From assembly GCA_937863685.1 (NCBI GenBank), contig CALMGM010000012.1, positions 1,816 through 65,815 of the forward strand: DNA of 64,000 bases, written 5' to 3'. A program made the position numbers and the translations under genes. This DNA is from an uncultured bacterium (GTDB taxonomy: Bacteria > Edwardsbacteria > AC1 > EtOH8). Below, piece by piece: positions 1 through 9,359 of this stretch (its first letter is position 1; each line of letters opens with the position of its first letter). A model generated the notes under the pieces. That model saw only the letters and a list, made by a program, of their open reading frames with translations. It had not been told where the DNA came from and searched no databases.

Positions 1-2
1 TG

Positions 3-1451
3 GAACTGGGGTATTCGCCCGACAGCACCGCGGCCGAAGTAAAAATAATCAATGGCATCATACCTACCACCGGGAATCTGACAATCGCCGGCAACAGTTA
101 TCTAGGCCAGAGCTATCTGGCGGGCCTGCTTTCTGTCCGGTCGAACGGGTCAATTACGGAAGGCAAAATACAGCGCGATATTGCGGTGCTGTCGCTGGCT
201 TATGCCGATAACGGCTTCCCCCACGCCAAAATACTGGCCGGGGATTTCTCCATGTCCGCCAATCGGGTGAATTACAGCTATAAGATCGAGGAAGGTCCTC
301 GGGTGACCATAGACCAGATCAGATTCACCGGCAATGCCCAGACCAAAGATCATGCCATGCTGAGATTTTCCGGGCTGACCCCGGGAATGATATTCAACCG
401 AAAGAGGCTGGAAAAGGGGCGGGCCCGGCTCATCAAGAGCGGGCTTTTCCGTTCGGTGTCCCGGCCGGCGCTGACCGCCGGAACAGGGGAAGGGGCCGAG
501 AATCTTGTGATGACCGTCGAGGAAGGGCGTTATAACAATATCTTCGGAGCCATGGGTTACAACCGCGAACCGAACAGCCAGAAGGGCTGGCTGACAGGCA
601 GCGTAGATCTGGCCTTTGCCAATCTGGGCGGAACCGGGCGGCGGGCCAAGGTCAGCTGGCAGCGCCTGCACCAGGAGAACAGCAGGCTGGCGGCCGAATT
701 TTCCACTCCCTGGATGTTCTCCTTTAATCTGGGCCTTACCGCGGCGGTCAGCCACCGCATAGAGGATTCCACCTATACCCAGAGCTCGGGAAGGATAATG
801 GCGGAATTTCCGGCCGGGGAGCATTTTACCGCCGGGATGGGGGGCGAGGCGGTAAGGGTGGTATCGGGCTGGTCCCAGACGATAAAGAGAAACGTCAAAT
901 ACAACTCGCTGTGGTCATTGGAGGCCGATTACCAGGACAGCGAAAACAACCATAAGGGATTTTTGTCAAAGCTGGAGATAGAATACGGGCGCAAGAGATA
1001 TTATGATCCCCCGGTCCAGTTGACGGTGTCCCGGGCAAGGCTGGATGCCAGCCAGGTTCAGGGAATATCCAACAAACAGTCGATATCGCTGGCAGCCCAT
1101 TTAAGGGCGGTCATCACCAGCGAGCAGCCGGTGCCGCGTTCCGATCAATTCGCCATGGGCGGGGCCGCTTCGCTGCGGGGCTACTGGGAGGAGCAGTTCA
1201 TGGCCAACCAACTGGCCTGGGCCAATCTGGAATACCGGTATGCACCGGACCGCCGCCTGGAGCTGTTCCCGTTCTATGACCAGGGTTATTTTTACGATCC
1301 CGAAAGGGGACTGCGGGGTTACCGTTTTGGATACGGGGCCGGCTTGCGGACGGAGACCGGCCTGGGCTGGATAAGCCTGGTCTACGGACTGGGCCAGGGG
1401 GACCGGCCGGGAAAGGGAAAGGTCCATATCAGCCTGGACAGCGATTTCTAG
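3..1451 (+). CDS. Omp85/BamA-family outer membrane protein (POTRA + beta-barrel), 5'-partial; the frame is open from the window edge
   Basis: Frame 3 is open from position 3 and the listed ORF 186..1451 continues it. POTRA-like segments and beta-barrel strands with alternating aromatics are present. The C-terminal residue is Phe (..HISLDSDF), as expected for an OMP beta-signal. Confidence 0.7.
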   Translation, partial: ELGYSPDSTAAEVKIINGIIPTTGNLTIAGNSYLGQSYLAGLLSVRSNGSITEGKIQRDIAVLSLAYADNGFPHAKILAGDFSMSANRVNYSYKIEEGPRVTIDQIRFTGNAQTKDHAMLRFSGLTPGMIFNRKRLEKGRARLIKSGLFRSVSRPALTAGTGEGAENLVMTVEEGRYNNIFGAMGYNREPNSQKGWLTGSVDLAFANLGGTGRRAKVSWQRLHQENSRLAAEFSTPWMFSFNLGLTAAVSHRIEDSTYTQSSGRIMAEFPAGEHFTAGMGGEAVRVVSGWSQTIKRNVKYNSLWSLEADYQDSENNHKGFLSKLEIEYGRKRYYDPPVQLTVSRARLDASQVQGISNKQSISLAAHLRAVITSEQPVPRSDQFAMGGAASLRGYWEEQFMANQLAWANLEYRYAPDRRLELFPFYDQGYFYDPERGLRGYRFGYGAGLRTETGLGWISLVYGLGQGDRPGKGKVHISLDSDF

Positions 1452-1455
1452 GCGG

Positions 1456-1484
1456 TTGACAAACCCGGGCATTTTAAGTATAAT
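1456..1484 (+). promoter_or_regulatory. Sigma70-type promoter with perfect consensus: TTGACA, 17-bp spacer, TATAAT
   Basis: TTGACA at 1456-1461 and TATAAT at 1479-1484 with a 17-bp spacer, read directly from the sequence, upstream of tal. Confidence 0.5.
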
Positions 1485-1510
1485 GGAACCCGATGTCAGA
1501 TAAGAGTTTG

Positions 1511-1542
1511 CTTTCGTTCAATATCAGGAACGAAGGTTTTTT
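1511..1542 (+). terminator. Intrinsic-terminator-like hairpin (9-bp stem, 8-nt loop, T6) between the promoter and the tal start codon; either the bamA-like terminator or a leader attenuator
   Basis: ctttcgttc (1511-1519) pairs with gaacgaagg (1528-1536), followed by tttttt (1537-1542). Confidence 0.5.
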
Positions 1543-1563
1543 AATTAATACAGGAGCGATCAA

Positions 1564-2208
1564 ATGAAGCTGTTCATAGATACCGCCAACGTATCCGAGA
1601 TCAAAGAGGCCGCCAGCTGGGGGATCATCGACGGGGTGACCACCAATCCCAGCCTGATCGCCAAGGAGGGGCGTGATTTCGCCCAGGTGGTCAAGGAGAT
1701 CTGCGCCATTGTGGACGGGCCGGTTTCGGCCGAGGTTTTAAGCCCCGATGCCCCCGGCATGCTGAAGGAGGCCGAGCCGCTTATCAAGATACATCCCAAT
1801 GTGGCCGTCAAGATACCGATGACTTTGGAGGGACTCAAGGCGGTCAAAGAGTTGTCTCAAAAGGGCATTAAGACTCATGTCACTCTTATATTTTCTACCA
1901 ACCAGGCCCTGCTGGCGGCCAAGGCCGGGGCCACTTTTATCAGCCCGTTTGTAGGCCGGCTGGACGATGTTTCGGAATACGGCATGGGGCTGATCGAAGA
2001 GATCGTTCAGGTATACGGCAATTATGATTTTGCCACACAGGTCCTGGTAGCCAGCGTGCGAACTCCGCTGCATGTGCTGGACTGCGCCAAGGTAGGGGCT
2101 CATATTGCCACGGTTCCTTTTAATGTGCTGAAAATGCTGGCTCAGCACCCGCTGACCGATATCGGGATCAAAAAATTCAACGACGACTGGGCCAAAGCCA
2201 AGAAATAG
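1564..2208 (+). CDS. tal: Transaldolase / fructose-6-phosphate aldolase family (short TalC/FsaA type, ~215 aa)
   Basis: [19 protein letters not shown] and FISPFVGR motifs are typical of short transaldolases. The length is 214 aa. Confidence 0.85.
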   Translation: MKLFIDTANVSEIKEAASWGIIDGVTTNPSLIAKEGRDFAQVVKEICAIVDGPVSAEVLSPDAPGMLKEAEPLIKIHPNVAVKIPMTLEGLKAVKELSQKGIKTHVTLIFSTNQALLAAKAGATFISPFVGRLDDVSEYGMGLIEEIVQVYGNYDFATQVLVASVRTPLHVLDCAKVGAHIATVPFNVLKMLAQHPLTDIGIKKFNDDWAKAKK

Positions 2209-2211
2209 ACG

Positions 2212-3033
2212 ATGACGACCGCTCAGTTAAAAACCCTTGCCCGACAGATACGCCGGGATATTATCGAGATGACTTATAAAGCGGGCTCCGGACATCCCGG
2301 CGGTTCGCTTTCATCGGCCGATATCATGGCGGTCCTGTATTTCGGTGTAATGAAACATGACCCCAAGAATCCCAAATGGGAAAAGCGGGACCGGTTCTTT
2401 CTTTCCAAGGGCCATGCTTGCCCGGTGCTGTATGCTGCCTTGGCCGAAGCGGGATACTTTCCCAAGAAACATCTGGCCACTTTTCGGCATCTAAATTCCA
2501 TTTTGCAGGGACATCCCCACCGTTTAAAGACTTCGGGAGTGGAGATGTCCAGCGGGTCGCTGGGGCAAGGACTGTCCATTGCCGCCGGCATGGCCTTGGG
2601 GCTCAAAATGGACGGTAATAGGTTAAAAGTCTTCTGCCTGATGGGCGACGGCGAACTGCAGGAGGGTCAGATCTGGGAGGCGGCCATGGCCGCCGGGCAT
2701 TTCAAACTGAATAATCTGGTCGGCATAGTTGATTACAACAACCTGCAGATAGACGGATCGGTGGAGAAGGTGATGGGCCTGGCCCCGCTGGCCGACAAGT
2801 GGCGGGCCTTTCGTTGGAACGTCATCGAGATAGATGGTCATGATGTTCTACAGATTAAGAAGGCCTTCATTAAGGCGGGGCAGTCAAAAACAAAGCCCAC
2901 TGTTATCATCGCCCGGACGGTCAAGGGCAAGGGAGTATCATTTATGGAGAACCAAGCCGGCTGGCACGGCCGGGCTCCGAATAAGGAAGAATATATGAAA
3001 GCAATCGCAGAGTTGAATCGTCGAACGGTTTAA
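2212..3033 (+). CDS. Transketolase, N-terminal (TPP-binding) subunit of a split transketolase
   Basis: GSGHPGGSLS, GHACP..YAA and GDGELQEG motifs. The length, 273 aa, fits a split-Tkt N-terminal subunit. Confidence 0.85.
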   Translation: MTTAQLKTLARQIRRDIIEMTYKAGSGHPGGSLSSADIMAVLYFGVMKHDPKNPKWEKRDRFFLSKGHACPVLYAALAEAGYFPKKHLATFRHLNSILQGHPHRLKTSGVEMSSGSLGQGLSIAAGMALGLKMDGNRLKVFCLMGDGELQEGQIWEAAMAAGHFKLNNLVGIVDYNNLQIDGSVEKVMGLAPLADKWRAFRWNVIEIDGHDVLQIKKAFIKAGQSKTKPTVIIARTVKGKGVSFMENQAGWHGRAPNKEEYMKAIAELNRRTV

Positions 3034-3076
3034 ACCTGTTCAACCTATTGAACTTTTTACAACCGTAGCAGGAAAA

Positions 3077-3586
3077 ATGGAAACCATAAAAGCTATAATG
3101 ACCCGGCGCAGCATCCGCAATTATACCACCAAGCAAGTTTCTAAGCCCCAGGTCAAGAAACTGCTGGAAGCGGCCATGAACGCGCCCTCGGCCTGCAATC
3201 AGCAGGCCTGGCAGTTCATCGTGGTGTCGGACCGCGACATTCTGAATGCCATCACCAAGATACATTCCTATGCCCAGATGCTGAAAACAGCGTCCTGCGC
3301 CATCGTAGTATGCGGAGATATCAAGGCCGAACAATGCAAGGATTACTGGGTGCAGGATTGTTCGGCGGCCACCCAGAACATCCTGCTGGCGGCCCATGCC
3401 CTGGGCCTGGGCGCGGTATGGCTGGGGGTCTATCCCAGGATGGAGAGGCTGAAGGATCTGCAGAAATTATTGGGCCTGCCCAAAAAAGTGATGCCTCTGT
3501 CTATAATTTCGATCGGTTATCCCAAAGACAAGGTCAAGTCGGTCAAACGCTATTCCGCCAAAAAAGTACATTATGAAAAATGGTGA
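3077..3586 (+). CDS. Nitroreductase family protein
   Basis: RRSIRNY..ACNQQAWQFIVV motif. The ~170 aa length fits a nitroreductase fold. Confidence 0.75.
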   Translation: METIKAIMTRRSIRNYTTKQVSKPQVKKLLEAAMNAPSACNQQAWQFIVVSDRDILNAITKIHSYAQMLKTASCAIVVCGDIKAEQCKDYWVQDCSAATQNILLAAHALGLGAVWLGVYPRMERLKDLQKLLGLPKKVMPLSIISIGYPKDKVKSVKRYSAKKVHYEKW

Positions 3587-3668
3587 TCTGTTTCTCAATG
3601 CCTTGGTAGATATTTAAAATTCTCCAATCTTTAAAACCTCTTAACCCCCTATAGGCTGACCTGCTTTT

Positions 3669-4802
3669 ATGCACTACCGCAAATTCGGAAAAGATAAGTT
3701 TCAGTCATCCATATTAGGCTTCGGCGCCATGCGCCTGCCGCTCAACAGCCAGGATACGGCAGATATCGATCTGCCCCAGGCCACCCGGATGATCCGCCTG
3801 GCGGTGGACAGCGGTATCAACTATATCGATACCGCCTACGGCTATCATAACGGAAAGAGCGAAACAGCGGTAGGCCAGGCCCTCAGGGACGGATACCGGG
3901 AGAAGGTCCGGCTGGCAACCAAACTTCCGTATTGGGCGGTCAACTCCCCCGAGGATATGGACCGGATATTTGCCGAGCAACTGACCAGGCTGGAGACCGG
4001 GAAGATAGACTATTATCTGCTGCATGCCCTCAGCAAAACCGCCTGGGATAAGCTCAAAGGCTTTAAGGTGCTGGAATGGGCTCAAAGCAAGCTGAATGCC
4101 GGACAGATCGGCTCCCTGGGATTTTCCTTTCACGACGGGCCGGAGGTTTTCAAGCAGATAATAGACGAACATGCTTGGGATTTCTGCCAGATCCAGTATA
4201 ATTATATGGACACCGAAAACCAGGCCGGCGCCCAGGGCTTGGAATATGCCGCCTCAAAGAACATCCCGGTAGTAGTGATGGAACCGTTGAGGGGAGGTTC
4301 TTTGGCGAACCCGCTGGAGAATATCAGAGAGATATTCACCAAGTCTGGCATAACACGCACTCCGGCCGAGTGGGCTCTGCTATGGGCCTGGAGCCAGCCG
4401 GGGATTTCTCTGGTGCTCAGCGGGATGAGCAACCTGGAGCAGGTCCGGGATAATCTTCGGATCGCTGAAAACTCCGGGTCATGGAAACTGTCCGAGAACG
4501 ATTTGAAGATCATAGCAGAGGTCAAAAAGGCCTATCTCGATTCCAAGGCCATCGACTGCACCCAGTGCGGATACTGTATGCCGTGCTCCTATGGGGTAAA
4601 TATTCCGGCCAATTTTGCCATGTATAACGAGGCCGAACGCTACAATAATTATAACGGACCGAAATGGCAGTATGCCAACCGCCTGAAGGAAGGGGAGAGG
4701 GCGGCTGCCTGTACGGGATGCCGAAGATGCCTGACCAAATGTCCCCAAAAACTGGAGATCCCTGATCAGCTGGAAAAGGTTCATCAAGCCTTAAAATCAT
4801 AA
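3669..4802 (+). CDS. Aldo/keto reductase with a C-terminal 4Fe-4S cluster-binding domain
   Basis: N-terminal AKR motifs (GFGAMRL, IDTAYGY) and a C-terminal CTQCGYCMPC...CTGCRRCLTKCP ferredoxin-like cysteine pattern. Confidence 0.75.
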   Translation: MHYRKFGKDKFQSSILGFGAMRLPLNSQDTADIDLPQATRMIRLAVDSGINYIDTAYGYHNGKSETAVGQALRDGYREKVRLATKLPYWAVNSPEDMDRIFAEQLTRLETGKIDYYLLHALSKTAWDKLKGFKVLEWAQSKLNAGQIGSLGFSFHDGPEVFKQIIDEHAWDFCQIQYNYMDTENQAGAQGLEYAASKNIPVVVMEPLRGGSLANPLENIREIFTKSGITRTPAEWALLWAWSQPGISLVLSGMSNLEQVRDNLRIAENSGSWKLSENDLKIIAEVKKAYLDSKAIDCTQCGYCMPCSYGVNIPANFAMYNEAERYNNYNGPKWQYANRLKEGERAAACTGCRRCLTKCPQKLEIPDQLEKVHQALKS

Positions 4803-4823
4803 TAAGATCAAATACCTAATAAG

Positions 4824-5414
4824 ATGATATACAAATTAATAGCACTGTTAATTAATGTCTTACTTCTCTCGGGGTGTTCTTCAAGTAAAACGCCAACCAA
4901 ACCATACTCCATGCGACTTGATGGCTCAAAATACGTTTGGGAGTCTGGGCCGGTGGCTGGTTTCATTATTGAAGGGTATGATGACCTGGGGCCACGGCCT
5001 AAAACTATAAATATTGTATTTCCCCAGAGGAAAAGTTCGTCTTTTCCTCTGCCCGGTCTCGAACTTGAATTGAACATTGACAGCATCACTATTGGGATAG
5101 AAATTGAGTTTGGCGACAGTCTGAATTCCGGGCATTCCAGCGTTTCCTTTCGACCGCCCTATCGATCCACGACAAAGGAGGGAATGATACTGGCCTATGA
5201 ATCCAGGGAGGCTGGGGGTTATGCCAGGATTGTCGTCCATGAAATGGATGCCAGGTACCGGGGAAGGGTCAGTGGAACCCTGACATATGCCAGGCTGCCG
5301 GGATATTATTACGATATCAATACCGGCAATGTCAAGGCAGCCCAGAAGCCTACCGTGATAGAGTTCTTTAACTGGCCTTTCACGGTTATACTGGACCAAC
5401 ACCCGCTGAGATAG
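4824..5414 (+). CDS. Hypothetical lipoprotein (lipobox LLSGC), with an AT-rich 5' half
   Basis: Signal peptide plus Cys lipobox. Local GC is about 40% against a ~60% background. No recognisable domain. Confidence 0.45.
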   Translation: MIYKLIALLINVLLLSGCSSSKTPTKPYSMRLDGSKYVWESGPVAGFIIEGYDDLGPRPKTINIVFPQRKSSSFPLPGLELELNIDSITIGIEIEFGDSLNSGHSSVSFRPPYRSTTKEGMILAYESREAGGYARIVVHEMDARYRGRVSGTLTYARLPGYYYDINTGNVKAAQKPTVIEFFNWPFTVILDQHPLR

Positions 5415-5417
5415 ATT

Positions 5418-6398
5418 ATGAGCGATCTTCATTTGAAAAAGATACTGGAATTGGATTCCATGAAGCAGCAGCCCACGCGCTTTGGTTATGCCGATGCCTT
5501 GCTGGATCTGGGAGCCAAGGATAAAAGGGTGGTGGTGCTGGATGCCGACCTGTCCAAATCGACTTTGACCAATCGTTTTGCCGAGAAATATCCCAAAAGG
5601 TTTTTCGATATCGGCATCGCCGAGCAGAACATGCTGGGGATGGCCGGGGGCCTGTCTTTGACAGGGAAGATACCTTTTGTCACCACCTACGGGGTCTTTC
5701 TGGCCGGCCGGGCCTGGGACCAGATTAGAACCTCCATCTGCTATGCCGATCTTAACGTCAAGCTGGCCGGGGCTCACGGCGGGCTTTCGGTCGGTCCGGA
5801 CGGGGCCACCCATCAGGCATTGGAGGAGATCTCCATCATGCGGGTTCTGCCCAATATGAAGGTTATCGTTCCCTGCGACACCCACCAGGCCCGTCTGGCC
5901 ACTTTGGAAGCTGCAAAGATATCCGGACCGGTCTATATCCGCTTGGGGCGAGAACCGATACCGGTGATAACGACGAATAGGACTCCCTTCAGGTTCGGCG
6001 AAGCCCAGGTCATGCAGCAAGAAAAGGATGTGACCATCGTGGCCTGCGGGTTGATGGTCTATCTCTCCCTGCTGGCCGCCCAGAAGCTGGCCAAAGACGG
6101 CATCTCCTGCCAGGTGATCAATCTGCACACCATCAAGCCGATCGACCGGAAGGCCATTATTGCTTCTGCCAAGAAGACCGGAGCGGTGGTCACGGCCGAG
6201 GAGCACCAGCTGGCCGGGGGCATGGGCAGCGCGGTGGCCGAGGTGCTGGCGCAGGAATGCCCGGTTACGGTGGAGATGGTGGGAGTCAAGGATACTTTTG
6301 GCGAATCCGGCCAGCCCTGGGAGCTGATGAAGAAGTATCATTTGATGGACGGGGATATCATCAAGGCGGCGAAAAAGGCTGTTCAGAGGAAGAAATAA
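5418..6398 (+). CDS. Transketolase, C-terminal (pyrimidine-binding) subunit
   Basis: GIAEQNM..GMAGGLS and PDGATHQA motifs. 326 aa. Confidence 0.85.
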   Translation: MSDLHLKKILELDSMKQQPTRFGYADALLDLGAKDKRVVVLDADLSKSTLTNRFAEKYPKRFFDIGIAEQNMLGMAGGLSLTGKIPFVTTYGVFLAGRAWDQIRTSICYADLNVKLAGAHGGLSVGPDGATHQALEEISIMRVLPNMKVIVPCDTHQARLATLEAAKISGPVYIRLGREPIPVITTNRTPFRFGEAQVMQQEKDVTIVACGLMVYLSLLAAQKLAKDGISCQVINLHTIKPIDRKAIIASAKKTGAVVTAEEHQLAGGMGSAVAEVLAQECPVTVEMVGVKDTFGESGQPWELMKKYHLMDGDIIKAAKKAVQRKK

Positions 6399-6674
6399 TA
6401 CTTGGGTTGGATTGCTTCACCAGTCAGACTTCGGTGTGTTTTCGCAATGACGTCAAGACATCCCTCCTTCGTAAGCATCATATTAGGCAACCTCAGGACA
6501 AGTTCTTTCTCTCCCCTTGTTAAGGGAGATGTGGGCTAAACAAGAAGCGTTAAAAGTAAACTTTGCACCCTTTGCGTCTTTGCGGTTAACTTAAATCAAA
6601 AGTCTGGGCAAATCCGTTCCAATCTGTGTAATCTGTGTGAAAATAAATCTTCAACATAAATATAGGCTGATCCA

Positions 6675-8912
6675 ATGTCAAAGAACCTGGTAGTCGTGGA
6701 ATCCCCGGCCAAGGCCAAGACCATCAAAAAATACCTGGGCAAGGATTTCGAAGTATTATCGTCCATGGGGCACGTCATTGACCTGCCGGCCAGCAAGCTG
6801 GGGGTGGACATCAAGGACGACTTCAAGCCCCAGTACGTGACCATCAAGGGCAAGACCAAGACCCTGTCGCAGATAAAGAAGAGCGCCAATGACGCCGAAA
6901 AGGTGTACCTGGCCTGCGACCCCGACCGCGAGGGGGAGGCCATCGCCTGGCACATCTCCGGGCAGGTCAAGGACGCCAAGAAGAAGGTCCACCGGGTGAT
7001 GTTCTACGAGATCACCAAGGACAGCATCACCAAGGGCATCGCCCATCCCGGCAAGATCGACATGAACCGGGTGGAGGCCCAGCAGGCCCGGCGCATTCTG
7101 GACCGGCTGGTGGGATACCAGGTCAGTCCGTTTTTGTGGACCACCGTGCGGCGCGGGCTTTCGGCCGGGCGGGTGCAGACCGTGGCTTTGCGCCTGATCT
7201 GCGAGCGCGAGGATGAGATCACCGCTTTCAAACCCCAGGAATACTGGTCGCTGGCCGCCCGGCTGGAGGGAAAATCAAAAGCGCCGTTCGAAGCTTCGCT
7301 TTTAAAGATAGACGGCAAGAAGGCGGCCATCAAGGACGGAAAAACTTCCGAGGCCATCGTCAAGGATCTGAATAAATCCCAGTTCTCCATCACCAACATC
7401 GACGAGAAGGACCGCAAGCGTTCCACTTATCCGCCTTTCATCACCAGCACCTTGCAGCAGGCGGCCGCCCGGGCCTACGGATACAGCGCCAAGAAGACCA
7501 TGATGCTGGCCCAGCAGTTGTACGAGGGCGTTGAGATCGGGGAGGAGGGAGCGGTGGGCTTGATCACCTACATGCGCACCGATGCCGTCCGCCTGGCTCC
7601 GGAGGCTGTGACTGCCGCCAGGGAACTCATTGCCAAAAAATACGGGCCGGAATACCTGCCGACCGAAGCCAATCACTACAAATCCCGCAAAGGGGCCCAG
7701 GAGGGCCACGAGGCCATCCGACCCACCATGGCCGGAAGGACCCCGGAGGCGGTGAAAAAATTCCTGAGCCCGGACCAGTTCAAACTGTACGGCCTGATCT
7801 GGAGTCGTTTCATCGCCTGCCAGATGACACCGGCGATCTATTCCACCAAGGCGGTGGATATCACCGCCGGCAAATACCTGTTCCGGGCCACCGGATCCAC
7901 CATGAAATTTCCAGGATTCCTGGCGGCCTACGGGGTGCAGGAGGACGACTCCGGGGAATACGCCGATTCCAAGATGCTGCCGGAGCTGGCCGCGGGAGAG
8001 GCTCTCAAACTGCTGGAATTATTGTCCAAACAGCATTTCACCGAGCCTCCGGCCCGCTATAACGAGGCCAGCCTGATCAAGACCCTGGAGGCCCAGGGCA
8101 TCGGGCGGCCCTCCACCTATGCCTCGATCATCAGCACCCTGCTGGACCGCAAATACGTGGACCGGGAGCAGAAACAGCTCAAGCCCACCGAGCTGGGGCA
8201 GGTGGTCAGCAAGATCCTGGTGGAAAAATTCCCCCACATCTTCCAGGTGCAGTTCACCGCCGACATGGAGAACGAGCTGGACAAGATCGAGCAGGGCAAG
8301 CTGGACCGCATCCAGGTGTTGAAGGATTTTTATGAACCATTCTCCCGCGACCTGAACTCGGCCGAATCCTCCAAGGAGGAGATCAAGCAATCTCTGGTGG
8401 AGCAGACCGATATAAAATGCCCCAACTGCCAGAGCCCAATGGTAATCAAATGGGGCCGCTTCGGCCGGTTCTATGCCTGTTCCAACTATCCGGAATGCAA
8501 GACCACCAAGCCCCTGGAGGAGGAAGAGGAACAGCAGAAGGCGGCGGAAGGCGTGGTATGCGACAAATGCGGCGGGCCGATGGTGCTCAAACGGGGCCGC
8601 TTCGGGAAGTTTCTGGCCTGTTCCAACTATCCCCAGTGCAAGTCCATCAAGCCCATCTCCACCGGGGTGCCGTGCCCCGAGCCAGGCTGCGACGGCCAGC
8701 TTACCGAGCGCAAGACCAAACGAGGGAAGGCCTTCTTCTCCTGCAGCAAATATCCCGACTGCAAATATGCGGTATGGAACAAGCCCTTGCCGCAGAAGTG
8801 CGAGAACTGCGGGTTCGGACATCTGGTGGAGAAATACACCAAGCAGCGGGGAGCATTTCCGGCCTGTCCCAAGTGCAAGTGGGAACCGGAGGCCACCGCG
8901 GAGAAAAAATAA
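6675..8912 (+). CDS. topA: DNA topoisomerase I with four C-terminal C4 zinc ribbons
   Basis: The TOPRIM N-terminus (VVESPAKAKTI), the active-site region, and repeated CxxC..CxxC ribbons at the C-terminus. Confidence 0.9.
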   Translation: MSKNLVVVESPAKAKTIKKYLGKDFEVLSSMGHVIDLPASKLGVDIKDDFKPQYVTIKGKTKTLSQIKKSANDAEKVYLACDPDREGEAIAWHISGQVKDAKKKVHRVMFYEITKDSITKGIAHPGKIDMNRVEAQQARRILDRLVGYQVSPFLWTTVRRGLSAGRVQTVALRLICEREDEITAFKPQEYWSLAARLEGKSKAPFEASLLKIDGKKAAIKDGKTSEAIVKDLNKSQFSITNIDEKDRKRSTYPPFITSTLQQAAARAYGYSAKKTMMLAQQLYEGVEIGEEGAVGLITYMRTDAVRLAPEAVTAARELIAKKYGPEYLPTEANHYKSRKGAQEGHEAIRPTMAGRTPEAVKKFLSPDQFKLYGLIWSRFIACQMTPAIYSTKAVDITAGKYLFRATGSTMKFPGFLAAYGVQEDDSGEYADSKMLPELAAGEALKLLELLSKQHFTEPPARYNEASLIKTLEAQGIGRPSTYASIISTLLDRKYVDREQKQLKPTELGQVVSKILVEKFPHIFQVQFTADMENELDKIEQGKLDRIQVLKDFYEPFSRDLNSAESSKEEIKQSLVEQTDIKCPNCQSPMVIKWGRFGRFYACSNYPECKTTKPLEEEEEQQKAAEGVVCDKCGGPMVLKRGRFGKFLACSNYPQCKSIKPISTGVPCPEPGCDGQLTERKTKRGKAFFSCSKYPDCKYAVWNKPLPQKCENCGFGHLVEKYTKQRGAFPACPKCKWEPEATAEKK

Positions 8913-8998
8913 TTTAACCACAAAGGTTTTTCAAAAGAGCCATTCATTGCGAGAAGCCGTTGTTGCTTTTCTAATGAAGCAATCCATAAAAGGTCGTC

Positions 8999-9150
8999 TG
9001 TCATTCCCGAGTAATCGGGAATCCAGGTACTTTAACCACAAAGGGCACAAAAGACACAAAGTTTTTTGTCATTCCTGCGAAGCTTGTCCTCGTGAAGGCG
9101 GGGAGCAGGAATCCAGGTACCGTTAACCACAAAGGCACCAAGGCACAAAA
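8999..9150. repeat. Tandemly duplicated ~60-bp palindromic intergenic repeat unit (TGTCATTCC..GGAATCCAGGTAC + TTAACCACAAAGGCAC..) from a dispersed family
   Basis: Copies at 8999-9058 and 9067-9150 share inverted-repeat cores attccc..gggaat and attcctgc..gcaggaat. Related copies sit at 12327, 13665, 35253, 35318 and 41811. Confidence 0.55.
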
Positions 9151-9190
9151 TTTAACCCTCCCCACAGTGGGGAGGACAGGGAGAAGTCCA

Positions 9191-9224
9191 GAAGGCGGCT
9201 TAACAGCCGCCTTCTTTATTTTAT
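9191..9224 (+). terminator. Rho-independent terminator downstream of topA
   Basis: gaaggcggct-taac-agccgccttc followed by tttattttat. Confidence 0.5.
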
Positions 9225-9226
9225 CC

Positions 9227-9257
9227 TTGACATATATCGGGTAAGAGGGTGTATAAT
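9227..9257 (+). promoter_or_regulatory. Putative sigma70 promoter (TTGACA, 19 bp, tgTATAAT) for the AT-rich orphan gene
   Basis: TTGACA at 9227-9232 and TATAAT at 9252-9257 with an extended -10 TG. The spacer is slightly long. Confidence 0.3.
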
Positions 9258-9359
9258 GACTTTATTGTTTATGCTGGAAGATGGTTATGACTTATTTATA
9301 AAGCCATATGATTAGAAAGAAAGACTGGATAAGTTAACCTAAAATAAAGGTATCTAATT

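Noticed and set aside
4926-6341. 471-aa minus-strand ORF
   Set aside because: It is antisense to the transketolase C-terminal subunit and lipoprotein genes. High-GC antisense frames stay open by chance, and there is no domain signal.
8019-8921. 300-aa minus-strand ORF
   Set aside because: Antisense to the topA zinc-ribbon region, with Gly/Leu/Ala-rich artefactual composition.
8473-9126. 217-aa ORF spanning the topA 3' end and the intergenic repeats
   Set aside because: It is out of frame within topA and runs through palindromic repeat copies and a terminator. The Arg/Pro-rich translation is typical of GC-rich antisense or alternate-frame artefacts.
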